Below are positions 50,017 to 59,375 of a stretch of 64,000 nt of DNA, piece after piece. A program made the position numbers and the translations under genes. The DNA is taken from contig CAWBZI010000004.1 of NCBI GenBank assembly GCA_963793265.1, forward strand, positions 320,001 to 384,000, read 5' to 3'. Within the stretch, counting starts at the first letter, position 1. The number at the start of each line of letters is the position of its first letter. Below the pieces are notes generated by a model. That model did no database searches, was not told the origin of the DNA, and was given only the letters and a program-made list of their open reading frames with translations. The DNA comes from an uncultured cyanobacterium (GTDB lineage Bacteria > Cyanobacteriota > Cyanobacteriia > Phormidesmidales > Phormidesmidaceae).

Positions 50017-50145
50017 AACTTAACCGCATTTAGGGATGGATGAATAATGCTCCGCTCAAAATAATAGTGCATAATTCTGATAAGTGGAACAAAAGATATA
50101 GCCTTCTAAAAGCCCTGAAGCTACTGTGTTACATCCCGCTTTTGA

Positions 50146-50676
50146 TTAGAGTTCGTCTAGTGCCTCCATCACGTCATCGCACCAGGCCAACCACGAAGTC
50201 TCGTATGCAATACCTCGCTTGAGCGTGAGATACATAAATTGCGTTTCAACATTGCTGCGATCGCTCATGTGTTCCGCTTCTATCTCACGATAGTGAGCAA
50301 GCTTATCTTGATGTAATGTTTGCCGGTGTTTCAGCTCTCTAGTGAGCAACTCGCGAGGCATCTTATGACCAATCAGCACCTTCACCAGCAAATCTTCGCG
50401 AATGGCTGTGGGCTCTGTGGGCTCTGCGTACCAGCGGGTGAGTTCTGCCCAGCCCGAATCGGTAATGTGATACAGCTTTTTATCGGGCTTACCGGCCTGC
50501 GGAATCACTTCAAAGCTAACCAGATTCTGAGTCGTTAGCTTGCTGAGTTCTCGATATACCTGCTGCTGAGTCGCCTTCCAGTAGCAGCCCAGCTCTTCGT
50601 CAAAGTGCTTGCTGATATCGTATCCGCTGCCGGGATGCTTCGAGAGCAGGGCCAAAATAGTATGCGCTAGCGCCAT
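50146..50676 (-). CDS. PadR-family transcriptional regulator (long C-terminal domain)
   Basis: ILALL...SGYDI, QQVYREL, PDKKLYHITDSG. Confidence 0.92.
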   Translation of the reverse strand: MALAHTILALLSKHPGSGYDISKHFDEELGCYWKATQQQVYRELSKLTTQNLVSFEVIPQAGKPDKKLYHITDSGWAELTRWYAEPTEPTAIREDLLVKVLIGHKMPRELLTRELKHRQTLHQDKLAHYREIEAEHMSDRSNVETQFMYLTLKRGIAYETSWLAWCDDVMEALDEL

Positions 50677-50694
50677 GTAAAATCAAAAATTGAC

Positions 50695-50748
50695 ATATCC
50701 AACATGTTGAGTATAGTTTGGAAAAGTACTATACAACATGTTGGATAT
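50695..50748. promoter_or_regulatory. Paired palindromic operator between padR and the RND operon
   Basis: ATATCCAACATGTTG (50695-50709) and its exact reverse complement (50734-50748); each contains the palindrome CAACATGTTG. Confidence 0.7.
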
Positions 50749-50761
50749 CAACTAATTGCGT

Positions 50762-52072
50762 ATGGCTGTCTCACTTCGGACAGGGAATTTTCCCAAGGGC
50801 TTATGGAAGGGATTGCTGCTGCTACCGCTGTTGTTGCTGCCGGTGGTTTGGGTGGCTAGAGGGAGCGGCGATTCGGCTGAAGTGGCTGAGGTGAGTCAGG
50901 TTTTGCCGGTGGAGACGGTGAGGCTAGAGGCGGTAGATAGCTATAGGACGCGGCGGACTTATAGCGGTGAGGTGGTGGCCCGGCGGCGCAGCGATTTAGG
51001 GTTTGAGCGGTCGGGGATGGTGACGGTATTGCTGGCTGATGACGGGGATGTGGTAGCGGCGGGGGCGGCTTTGGCGAGGCTGGATGTGCGGGATTTAGAG
51101 GCGCAGCGATCGCAGCTTGAAGCTGAAAAGAAGCAGGCGCTGGCCCAGCTTCAAGAGCTAGAAACGGGGCCGCGGCGAGAGGATATTGCGGCAGCAACAG
51201 GGGCGGTGAGCGATCTGCAAAATCAGCTATCGCTGGCGCAGTTACAGGCTGACCGGCGGGCCGAGCTGTATGCCAAGGGGGCAATTTCTCAGGAGGAGCT
51301 AGATGAACGTCAGTTTGGGGCGCGGGCGATCGCTGATCGACTGCAACAGGCCCAAAGCCAGCTTGACGAACTGCGTAACGGCACCCGGCAAGAACAGCTT
51401 GTGGCGCAAGGAGCGCAGGTAGAACAAATAGACGCGCGAATTAGAGCGATTGATGTGTCGCTAGATAAAAGCACTTTGTATGCGCCGTTTGCGGGGAAAG
51501 TGGCCGCGCGGGCGGTGGATGAGGGGGCGGTGGTCGGCAGCGGTCAGGCGGTGATGACGCTAGTGGAGAATGCGGCAGTAGAAGCAAGGATCGGGGTGCC
51601 GCAGGCGATGGCGCAACGGCTAGCGGTGGGCGAAGCTGAATCGGTCACTATCGGCCAAAGAACCTATCCGGCTGTGGTGACCGCTCAGCTTCCTGAAGTC
51701 GACGAAGCGAGTCAGACGGTGACAGTTGTGTTGCAGCTAGCGGCTGACGATGATATTACGATGGGGGCCACGGCTCGAATGACTGTGGCAGAACAACAGT
51801 CTGCTGAGGGCTATTGGCTACCGAGTACGGCGCTGATTGCGGGCGATCGCGGCCTGTGGTCTGTGTATGTTCTTAACGAGGAAGGTGAAACCTATCGGGC
51901 AAGGCGGCGAGATGTGGAGGTTTTGCATACGGATCAGTCCGGCGTAGGTGGGCGCGCGTTTGTCAGAGGGTTGTTGGCGCAGGGCGATCGCGTCATCACC
52001 AGCGGTACCCATCGAATTGTGGCCGATCAGCTTGTGACGCCAAGTGATAATCCCGGTGAGGTTAACGAATGA
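50762..52072 (+). CDS. RND efflux periplasmic adaptor subunit
   Basis: N-terminal TM, LGFERSG, coiled hairpin, LYAPFAG; overlaps the permease start. Confidence 0.92.
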   Translation: MAVSLRTGNFPKGLWKGLLLLPLLLLPVVWVARGSGDSAEVAEVSQVLPVETVRLEAVDSYRTRRTYSGEVVARRRSDLGFERSGMVTVLLADDGDVVAAGAALARLDVRDLEAQRSQLEAEKKQALAQLQELETGPRREDIAAATGAVSDLQNQLSLAQLQADRRAELYAKGAISQEELDERQFGARAIADRLQQAQSQLDELRNGTRQEQLVAQGAQVEQIDARIRAIDVSLDKSTLYAPFAGKVAARAVDEGAVVGSGQAVMTLVENAAVEARIGVPQAMAQRLAVGEAESVTIGQRTYPAVVTAQLPEVDEASQTVTVVLQLAADDDITMGATARMTVAEQQSAEGYWLPSTALIAGDRGLWSVYVLNEEGETYRARRRDVEVLHTDQSGVGGRAFVRGLLAQGDRVITSGTHRIVADQLVTPSDNPGEVNE

Positions 52073-55000
52073 ATTTGTTCTACCGCAACCGGCAGCTCCT
52101 CTTTCTCACCATGACGCTGATTGTTGTCTGGGGCGTTTCTGCATTCCTCACGCTGCCACGACTAGAAGATCCTGAAATTGTTCAGCGCGTTTCCACGATT
52201 ACCACCGTTTTCCCCGGTGCAAGTGCTGAACGGATTGAGTCTCTGGTGACTGATAAAATAGAAGAAGAATTCTCAGATGTTGAAGAGATAGATAATATTG
52301 AATCGACTTCGAGTCCGAACATTTCTGTTGTTACCATAGAACTTAAGGACACGGTTTCTGACGTTTCACAGGTGTGGGCTAGAGTTCGCAGTCAGTTAGA
52401 AGACGTGACGCCAGAGCTACCCGCAGGCGCGCAAGATCCCATTTATGAAGATGCCGACGTGGCGGCGAATGCGCTAATTGTTGGGCTGACGTGGGATTTG
52501 GATTCGCCTGTGAATATGGCCCTGTTGCAGCGGATTGCAGAAGGGTTAGAAGATGAGCTAGACGCGATTCCGGGTACCGATAAGGTAGAGGCTTTTGGGG
52601 CAAGCGACGAGGAAATTCAGGTCACAATCGATCAGCTAGCGGCAGCGAAGTTGGGGCTAACGGCTGAGGCGATCGCCCAACAAATACAGGCAAGCGATGC
52701 CAAGCTTTCGGCAGGCAGACTGCAAAGCGAGGCCGACGAACTGCTGCTAGAAGTAGACAGTGCTCTAGAGTCTTTAGAGAGAATTAGACAAATCCCGATT
52801 CGGATAGGAGAAGCCGGACAGGTGAGGCTGCTTGGGGATGTTGCCACCGTAACTAAAGCCGTGCGCGAACCTGCTGAAGAACTGGCGCTAGTGAACGGAA
52901 AACCCGCGATTGTGATTTCGGCGCAGGTGGAATCTAGCTTTCGAGTAGATAGCTGGGCGCAAGACGCCAGGCAGGTGCTTGTCACTTTTGAAGAGAGTCT
53001 TTCAGACGGGCTTAGCCTGACAACAGTGTTGGATCAAAGTCAGTATGTGCAACAGCGGCTTAACGGCGTCATTGGCAATCTGTTGATGAGTTCGGGGCTG
53101 GTGATTTTAGTCTCGCTGTTTATGTTGGGCTGGCGCTCGGCAATGATTGTAGGGCTGGCTTTGCCACTGGCGACGCTGATGGTGTTTGGCTGTATGAAGG
53201 CGCTAAACATTCCACTGCATCAGATGTCGGTGACAGGATTGATCATTGCGTTAGGGCTACTGATTGACAACGCGATTGTGGTGGTGGACGAGGTGCAAAT
53301 TCGGCTGAAGGCCGGAATGCGTCCGGCGATCGCAGTGGGTGAAACGGTGAAGCATCTAACCGTCCCTTTGGTGGCTTCTACATTAACAACGGTGCTAGCA
53401 TTTGTGCCGATTGCTATTTCTCCTGGCGGCACAGGAGAGTTTATTGGCACGATTGGCACGACCGTTATTTTGGCGCTGCTCAGCTCTTTAGCGCTTTCTT
53501 TGACAGTGATTGCCTCTTTGGTGGGTTTGATTCATCGACGCTGGCCTCGCAGAGAAAATGAGGCTCAAGCAAGCTGGTGGCAAGACGGCTTTGCTAATCG
53601 TCATTTGAGCCGCTGGTATGCTAGCAGCTTAAGAACAATGTTTCGCCGTCCGATTTTAGGCATTGGGTTAGCGCTAATTTTGCCCGCTGTTGGATTTGTA
53701 CAGTTCGCTAGCTTGCCACAGCAGTTTTTCCCACCGACGAACCGAGATCAGTTTCAAATTGAGTTTGAGCTACCGGCCCAAAGTGCGATGACGCTTACAG
53801 CGTCTCAGGTGCTTGCGGCCAGAGAGCTAATTCGTCAGCATCCCGCTGTTTCAGACGTGCACTGGTTTGTAGGTAAAAGTGCGCCTTCTTTCTTTTACAA
53901 CGTAGTGGCAGCGAAGGAGAACGCGCCTGATTATGCGCAGGGTTTGGTCAAACTCAGCAATACCGACGACCTGCGCGGCACGATTATCACCTTGCAACAG
54001 CAGCTTGACGCGGCCTTTCCGCAGGCGCAAATATTAGTCAGACAGCTAGAACAGGGGCCTCCGTTTCCGGCCCCGATTGAGCTGCGGCTATATGGCTCTG
54101 AGCTGCCTCGCCTGCGGGCTTTGGGCAATCAGCTCCGCGGCCAGCTTGCTCAAATTTCAGATGTGATTCATACGCGAGCCGCCCTTACTGAAGTTCAGCC
54201 TAAGCTAGCGCTGACGGTTGATGAAATAGCCGCGCGGCGAACGGGGCTGGATAATGGCGCGATCGCCTCCCAGCTCGATTCAACCTTGCAAGGCGCTGTC
54301 GGCGGCTCACTACTCGAAGACACCGAAGACATTCCGGTGCGGGTGCGCGTAGGCGATTCGACCCGAGGAGACTTGGGCGCGATCGCCTCCACCAATCTCC
54401 TTACAAACAACAGCAGCGTCCCGCTTTCGTCTGTCGCTGACATTAGCCTAGTCCCCGATATCGCCTCCATTGCCCACTACAACGGCCAGCGCATCAACAC
54501 CGTACAAGCCTTTCTCACCGCAGGAGCCCTCCCAGACGCGGTACTTTCTCGCTTTCAGCAAACGCTAGCAGACAGTGATTTTGACTTGCCGACCGGCTAT
54601 CGCATTGAGTACGGCGGCGAGGCCGATGCGAGAGGAAGTGCGGTAGGTAATCTGCTGGCTTCAATTGGCGTCCTGCTGGTTTTAATGGTGGCGACGCTGG
54701 TACTTTCGTTTAATTCGTTTGCGATCGCGGCTCTTTTAGCGGTAGTTGCTATTTGCGCAGTCGGCTTAGCTGCCATGGCGCTATGGCTATTCAACTCTAT
54801 TTTTGGTTTCACGGCCATCCTTGGCACGTTAGGACTCATTGGCCTCGCGATTAACGACTCGATTGTTGTCCTTGCCGCGCTCAGAGAAGATCCGCTGGCG
54901 AAGGCGGGTGATGTAAAAGCGACGGTGGAAGTTGTGCTGAAAGCAACCAGGCACGTGGCTGCCACGACAGTGACGACAATTATTGGATTTGTGCCACTTA

Positions 55001-55152
55001 TGCTCGATACCACTGGGTTCTGGCCACCTTTGGCAATTGCGATCGCAGGCGGACTCGGCGGTGCAACCTTACTGGCCCTCTATTTCATCCCGGCTGCCTA
55101 CCTGCTGATCTTTGGCCGTAATCGGCAAAGCCCTCGCGAAGCTGCTAGATAG
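52069..55152 (+). CDS. RND efflux permease (AcrB/AcrD/AcrF family)
   Basis: LPRLEDP, ALGLLIDNAIVVVD, two large periplasmic loops, about 12 TM. Confidence 0.94.
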   Translation: MNLFYRNRQLLFLTMTLIVVWGVSAFLTLPRLEDPEIVQRVSTITTVFPGASAERIESLVTDKIEEEFSDVEEIDNIESTSSPNISVVTIELKDTVSDVSQVWARVRSQLEDVTPELPAGAQDPIYEDADVAANALIVGLTWDLDSPVNMALLQRIAEGLEDELDAIPGTDKVEAFGASDEEIQVTIDQLAAAKLGLTAEAIAQQIQASDAKLSAGRLQSEADELLLEVDSALESLERIRQIPIRIGEAGQVRLLGDVATVTKAVREPAEELALVNGKPAIVISAQVESSFRVDSWAQDARQVLVTFEESLSDGLSLTTVLDQSQYVQQRLNGVIGNLLMSSGLVILVSLFMLGWRSAMIVGLALPLATLMVFGCMKALNIPLHQMSVTGLIIALGLLIDNAIVVVDEVQIRLKAGMRPAIAVGETVKHLTVPLVASTLTTVLAFVPIAISPGGTGEFIGTIGTTVILALLSSLALSLTVIASLVGLIHRRWPRRENEAQASWWQDGFANRHLSRWYASSLRTMFRRPILGIGLALILPAVGFVQFASLPQQFFPPTNRDQFQIEFELPAQSAMTLTASQVLAARELIRQHPAVSDVHWFVGKSAPSFFYNVVAAKENAPDYAQGLVKLSNTDDLRGTIITLQQQLDAAFPQAQILVRQLEQGPPFPAPIELRLYGSELPRLRALGNQLRGQLAQISDVIHTRAALTEVQPKLALTVDEIAARRTGLDNGAIASQLDSTLQGAVGGSLLEDTEDIPVRVRVGDSTRGDLGAIASTNLLTNNSSVPLSSVADISLVPDIASIAHYNGQRINTVQAFLTAGALPDAVLSRFQQTLADSDFDLPTGYRIEYGGEADARGSAVGNLLASIGVLLVLMVATLVLSFNSFAIAALLAVVAICAVGLAAMALWLFNSIFGFTAILGTLGLIGLAINDSIVVLAALREDPLAKAGDVKATVEVVLKATRHVAATTVTTIIGFVPLMLDTTGFWPPLAIAIAGGLGGATLLALYFIPAAYLLIFGRNRQSPREAAR

Positions 55153-55164
55153 CGTTTCAATTGT

Positions 55165-56226
55165 TTAGAATTTTTGCTTTTGTTTTTGATATTGAAGATA
55201 ACGTATGGACTCTATGCTAGATGGATCATAAGCAACTTCTTGAGCTGCCATATGTACATTTCCCCACAGATCGAGAGCAGATAAAGGAAGGTTATTTTTG
55301 GCTTTGTAAGGACGCGTTAGCAAAAAATGAAAGTGACTGGCTTTAGCGTTTCTGTCTTGTGCTTTTTCACGCAAGAAGATTTCTTTGTCAATCTGTTTAG
55401 GCGTTTTTGCTGTAGCACTTTCGGCTTCACTCTTTATCTTTTCCTTACTGGTCTTTGTTTTTGACCATTCAGGAAAGAATTCAAAAGGATCAGAGGCTTC
55501 AGGTGTATGAGAGAATGACACGTGTTGAGGTGTAGAAAACCCCTGAATTAGGCTGAAAATTGCGGTCGTTACGAGCAAGCCTAAAACTCTAGCATAGGTC
55601 AAAAAGCTACCTGCCCGGCGAGCCGATGCTTGTTGTTGAACGGCAAGCTGGTTGATGCGGTCATTCTGGATTTTGAAAGTAATATCGCGAATTTCATTGC
55701 GAGAATCTACTTTGTTCGGCACGCTGGTCGTTGAAACACCGCGCTGCGATTCAATCGCGGCACTACTTTCTAAATCGGTCTTTAACAGATTGAGTTGAAC
55801 ATCAGCAGGTGTAATTTGAAGCAGCTCAGCAATTCTGTTGATATCAAGATTGGAGAGATGCTGCTGCCTCGAAAGCTGGTAGTAGTCCAGCAGTGTTTGG
55901 GTTTGCGCCACCGATGTCTTACATGCATTAACCTGCTGAGTCCCTTTCAGCGTAGGCATATTTAGTACAGGCGCTAGCGTTTCTCTTAAAACAAACTCCT
56001 TGACAATTGCTGTTTGGTCGTCTGCGTAAGCTTTAGCGCGATCGCCATCAAGATCTATATCAGAAAAAAGTGCCTCATCAATTTCATTTGTCAGCACAGC
56101 AAATGTTAGATCTCGGCAAGCGAAATCTAACAGTTGGCCCATGCGGTCGGCTTGTTGATCGGAGAGTTCGATTGCACTTGTCAGCGCGAGATATTCCCGC
56201 GTAAGTGCAGCGTAGTCGGCGTCCAT
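55165..56226 (-). CDS. Hypothetical single-TM protein, candidate anti-sigma factor
   Basis: Directly downstream of a sigma-like gene; two copies of an (E/D)YxxLxxxxxLSxxxxxR motif; TM near aa 210-230. Confidence 0.6.
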   Translation of the reverse strand: MDADYAALTREYLALTSAIELSDQQADRMGQLLDFACRDLTFAVLTNEIDEALFSDIDLDGDRAKAYADDQTAIVKEFVLRETLAPVLNMPTLKGTQQVNACKTSVAQTQTLLDYYQLSRQQHLSNLDINRIAELLQITPADVQLNLLKTDLESSAAIESQRGVSTTSVPNKVDSRNEIRDITFKIQNDRINQLAVQQQASARRAGSFLTYARVLGLLVTTAIFSLIQGFSTPQHVSFSHTPEASDPFEFFPEWSKTKTSKEKIKSEAESATAKTPKQIDKEIFLREKAQDRNAKASHFHFLLTRPYKAKNNLPLSALDLWGNVHMAAQEVAYDPSSIESIRYLQYQKQKQKF

Positions 56227-56299
56227 GATCGTATCCTACAGTATTAGCAAAAGTTCGTTTGTCCTATGCATTGCTCTATGCTTCTTTTTATGTGCCTTG

Positions 56300-56968
56300 C
56301 TATGGGCTATCAAAAGCCCGGCGAAGTCGATGCAAGGCGCGTTCTCCCTGCTTCCGAAGCGTCGATTCTGAGATGTCAATCTGTTGCGTTTTGGATAATC
56401 TATCTTTTACTTCGCGCCATTTTAGGCCCATACCCACTCGGAGATTTAAGATCTCTCGGTCGCGCTCGCTCATACTATTCATTGTTAAAACCAACTTATT
56501 GATCATGCTCTCGTTAATGTAGGCAGGCGATGTCATCTCACCGCTAAACGTTGCAATCTCCTTAGTATTCTTCTTGAGAATATTGGTATTTCTTTTAGAG
56601 CGTCTGCTGTATTCGTGAATAATATTATACGAAACACTATTCATCCACGACAGCAAGTTATCAATCTCCCTGCCTTCCTCAAGCTGAAGATGAGTCCGAA
56701 GATAGGCTTCGATCAGCACTTCATCAGCGCTGTGATAAGACTCTAAATGAAACTGACGCAGCCTTTTCTGTACAGAAAAAAACATTTTACGAAAGCTACT
56801 GTCCGATTGGGTGTCGAGCAAGGCATCCATAAGGGTGTTCAGCGACTGCAGCCTTTCGGCAATTTCGGCGCTATGGGTGGGTATTTCATCAGGATAAAAG
56901 GCAGGCCCGTCCTGAGGCCCGTTGGTAGACAGATGCATTGGCGTTTTGTCAGGGGTTGGCATGAGCAT
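56300..56968 (-). CDS. ECF-type sigma-70-like factor
   Basis: Region 2-like DEVLIEAYLR...SWMNSVSYNIIHEYSRR; region 4-like MSERDREILNLR..GLKWREV...STLRKQGERALHRLR; start at MLMPTP (ORF open to 57085). Confidence 0.8.
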   Translation of the reverse strand: MLMPTPDKTPMHLSTNGPQDGPAFYPDEIPTHSAEIAERLQSLNTLMDALLDTQSDSSFRKMFFSVQKRLRQFHLESYHSADEVLIEAYLRTHLQLEEGREIDNLLSWMNSVSYNIIHEYSRRSKRNTNILKKNTKEIATFSGEMTSPAYINESMINKLVLTMNSMSERDREILNLRVGMGLKWREVKDRLSKTQQIDISESTLRKQGERALHRLRRAFDSP

Positions 56969-57170
56969 TCCTGCGCGCGTCCGAGTATAAGTGACATAGA
57001 CCTGCAAAAATGTGACACCTTTGCAGGTAAAGGTATATATGGGTTGTTTTTCAAGGGTAACGAAGATGTTATGAATGTTTACCAAGCGGCGATCGCTTAG
57101 CTTATTAGCAGATAAGCGATCGCCCAGCAGTCGGATAAGTCGGCACGAACGAGACTTAACAGATTAGCCG

Positions 57171-57659
57171 CTACAAATGCGCTTCTGTCGAGATTTTCTC
57201 AATGGCCTTTTTGCGAGCAGCTCTGATCTGTTGAAGCAAGTTGCTTTCGACTGTAGAGGCCAGTGGCGCGTCAAGGTCAAGGCGCTCGCGCAGTACAGCG
57301 CGCTGGTTTTCATAGTCGTGCAGGGCCGCAGGGCTAAGTAAGCCAATATCAGCACCTTTGTGATAGGCCGCGCGCGATATCCAAAAGTCGATGTTGCCGT
57401 GAACAGTCGCCATGACTAAGATCGCTTCGATCCTATCTTCCTGCGCTTCAGAGAGAGTCGGCAAAATCATCAGTTCGCCGTATTCATCTCCTATCTTTTT
57501 GGCATCTTCAAGAGAGATTGTAGTGCCGGGCTTCCCTTCTTTGGGGTTGTTGAGCGAGTTCGTGATGTCGGGTACAGTTTCCAATTTCTTATCGTCCAAA
57601 ACGGAGTGCGGTATCGTATTTTTTGAATGGCCTGCTGGAAATATAGTCCAGCGGCTCAT
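57171..57659 (-). CDS. Hypothetical soluble protein sharing a domain with 55165-56226
   Basis: EYGELMILPTLSEAQEDRIEAILVMA aligns with EYLALTSAIELSDQQADRMGQLLDFA; start uncertain (ORF open to 57713). Confidence 0.65.
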   Translation of the reverse strand: MSRWTIFPAGHSKNTIPHSVLDDKKLETVPDITNSLNNPKEGKPGTTISLEDAKKIGDEYGELMILPTLSEAQEDRIEAILVMATVHGNIDFWISRAAYHKGADIGLLSPAALHDYENQRAVLRERLDLDAPLASTVESNLLQQIRAARKKAIEKISTEAHL

Positions 57660-57829
57660 TTCTCTATGAATAAGCAGAGAAAGTGTGACAGACGAATCGA
57701 AAAATAATTGCAAGTCCTTGCTGAGTATTGCTTTTGGCAGTTTGCTCTGTCATAAACCGGGGGCCATAGGAAAGGGAAAGCCGCTGTGGGCCTTCCCCTA
57801 TTTATCGTCTAGCGACTATGACCTACCCG

Positions 57830-58132
57830 CTAACAATCATGCGTTAATTCCCTGATAATTCTGTAGCTCTCAAGCCGCAGCCAAGCCATAGGGTTGCCAA
57901 TAGGCTCTCCCTGCTCTAAAGCGGCTAGACCTTGCTGATAGCCCTGTAGCAGTATGTACTCTACAGTCGGCTTGGGCGATATGGGCGATCGCGCCAAAGC
58001 CTGCGATACAGATATCCATATACTCAAGGTGCTTTGATTGCCCTGACGACAGATATCTTTCATTGCGTCTTTAAGCTGCTTATGCTTAGGATTATTAGGG
58101 TCGTAGGCAACGACCGTCTGGGGCTTAGTCAT
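57830..58132 (-). CDS. Sigma region-2-only paralogue (no region 4)
   Basis: ILLQGYQQG...GEPIGNPMAWLRLESYRIIREL aligns with the neighbouring sigma-like proteins; GGAG RBS. Confidence 0.65.
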   Translation of the reverse strand: MTKPQTVVAYDPNNPKHKQLKDAMKDICRQGNQSTLSIWISVSQALARSPISPKPTVEYILLQGYQQGLAALEQGEPIGNPMAWLRLESYRIIRELTHDC

Positions 58133-58222
58133 TAAAAATACTCCAAAAAAGGTTCCTCAGTTCTATATGGCGTACATATGTAAAGCGGTTGTTGCCAAAA
58201 AACAGCTCGTCTTAAAAGCTGG

Positions 58223-58861
58223 TCAATCTAAAGACAGATCTGCTTTTAACTGCTGTATCGCTCGGTGTTTTCGCTGCCTGAGCGCCCCCAAAGAACACTG
58301 TTGATAGCCCATAGCAACCAATCGGTCTTGAACGATCTTCCACTGCAACCCTTCCACAATATTCAGGGTCAAGATGTCTTGATCTAAGCGTGAAAGCTGC
58401 TGAAAAGACTGCTGGATCTGCTGGTGCTTTGGACTTAGCTCATCATCAGATAGCCATTCTGGCTCAGTCCACGAATCGGGTATCCGCTCAATTATCTCTG
58501 TCTGTGCTTCTTGCACTCTTCTACGCCGCTTCTCCCGACTTTCTTCTTTAATAATGTAGCGACAGGTTAGCCTTATCCAGGCAATAGGGACAGGAATGCT
58601 TTTGCCCTTATTAATTGCCGCAATGCCGCGTACAACGGCCTCGTTAATAACTGACGCCGTTGTGCAGGATCTACCCAGGTCGTACCGTCGTAGCTCGGCG
58701 GCCACTGATACCATGAGGCTAATCATGTCTTGATTTTTGGGCTCGTATATGGTCATAATCGCCTGGTAAAAAGCCTCGTGCTCGGGCGTTAGGCTTGCCT
58801 GAGCTGCTCGATCGGTACCTCGAAGTGAGCGTGTTTTATTACGCTTAGCATGATGAGTCAT
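58223..58861 (-). CDS. ECF-type sigma-70-like factor
   Basis: VINEAVVRG...AWIRLTCRYIIKEESR; LSRLDQDILTL..EGLQW...GALRQRKHRAIQQLK. Confidence 0.8.
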   Translation of the reverse strand: MTHHAKRNKTRSLRGTDRAAQASLTPEHEAFYQAIMTIYEPKNQDMISLMVSVAAELRRYDLGRSCTTASVINEAVVRGIAAINKGKSIPVPIAWIRLTCRYIIKEESREKRRRRVQEAQTEIIERIPDSWTEPEWLSDDELSPKHQQIQQSFQQLSRLDQDILTLNIVEGLQWKIVQDRLVAMGYQQCSLGALRQRKHRAIQQLKADLSLD

Positions 58862-59375
58862 GTTTTTTTCCTAGAGAATGGCAAACATGTGTATGAGTAA
58901 GAAGAAAGCCCTATTAAAACGGGGCGGCGGGATTAAAGAAACTTTCTTGGATGTATGAATGACGAGTGCAGATAAGAATCTATTTAGGCCCGCACAACGG
59001 TTGTTAAAATAGGGTTTGGCTCGATACCACAACCTTCTATGTGAAAACTGATGAAAGTGTGACAGAGGTAGTTGACGGTGGCTGTTAGCGGTGATACCTA
59101 GCTATTGTTCTAACGTCTTAATGAGGCGGTATGCTAGCTCGTTGTCCTACATAGTGGCTTATTTCTGTACTGATAAACCCGCTGAAACCCTTGCTATAAG
59201 GGAACCTGCAATTCATGCATTTTCTTGTACGAACATTTCTTTTATACTAATGAAAATTAATGTGGGGATAGGTATACGTTTTTTAGTGACCAGGCGTTGA
59301 TGCGGCGATCGCATCACAACCTGTAGCCACCGCGAAAAAAAGATAAACAAAAGGTAGTGCAATCAGGAAAAATCT

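Noticed and set aside
57011..59066. TGTGA half-sites read as CRP (SYCRP1) boxes
   Set aside because: None has TCACA at N6 spacing; the opposite-strand promoter reading fits better.
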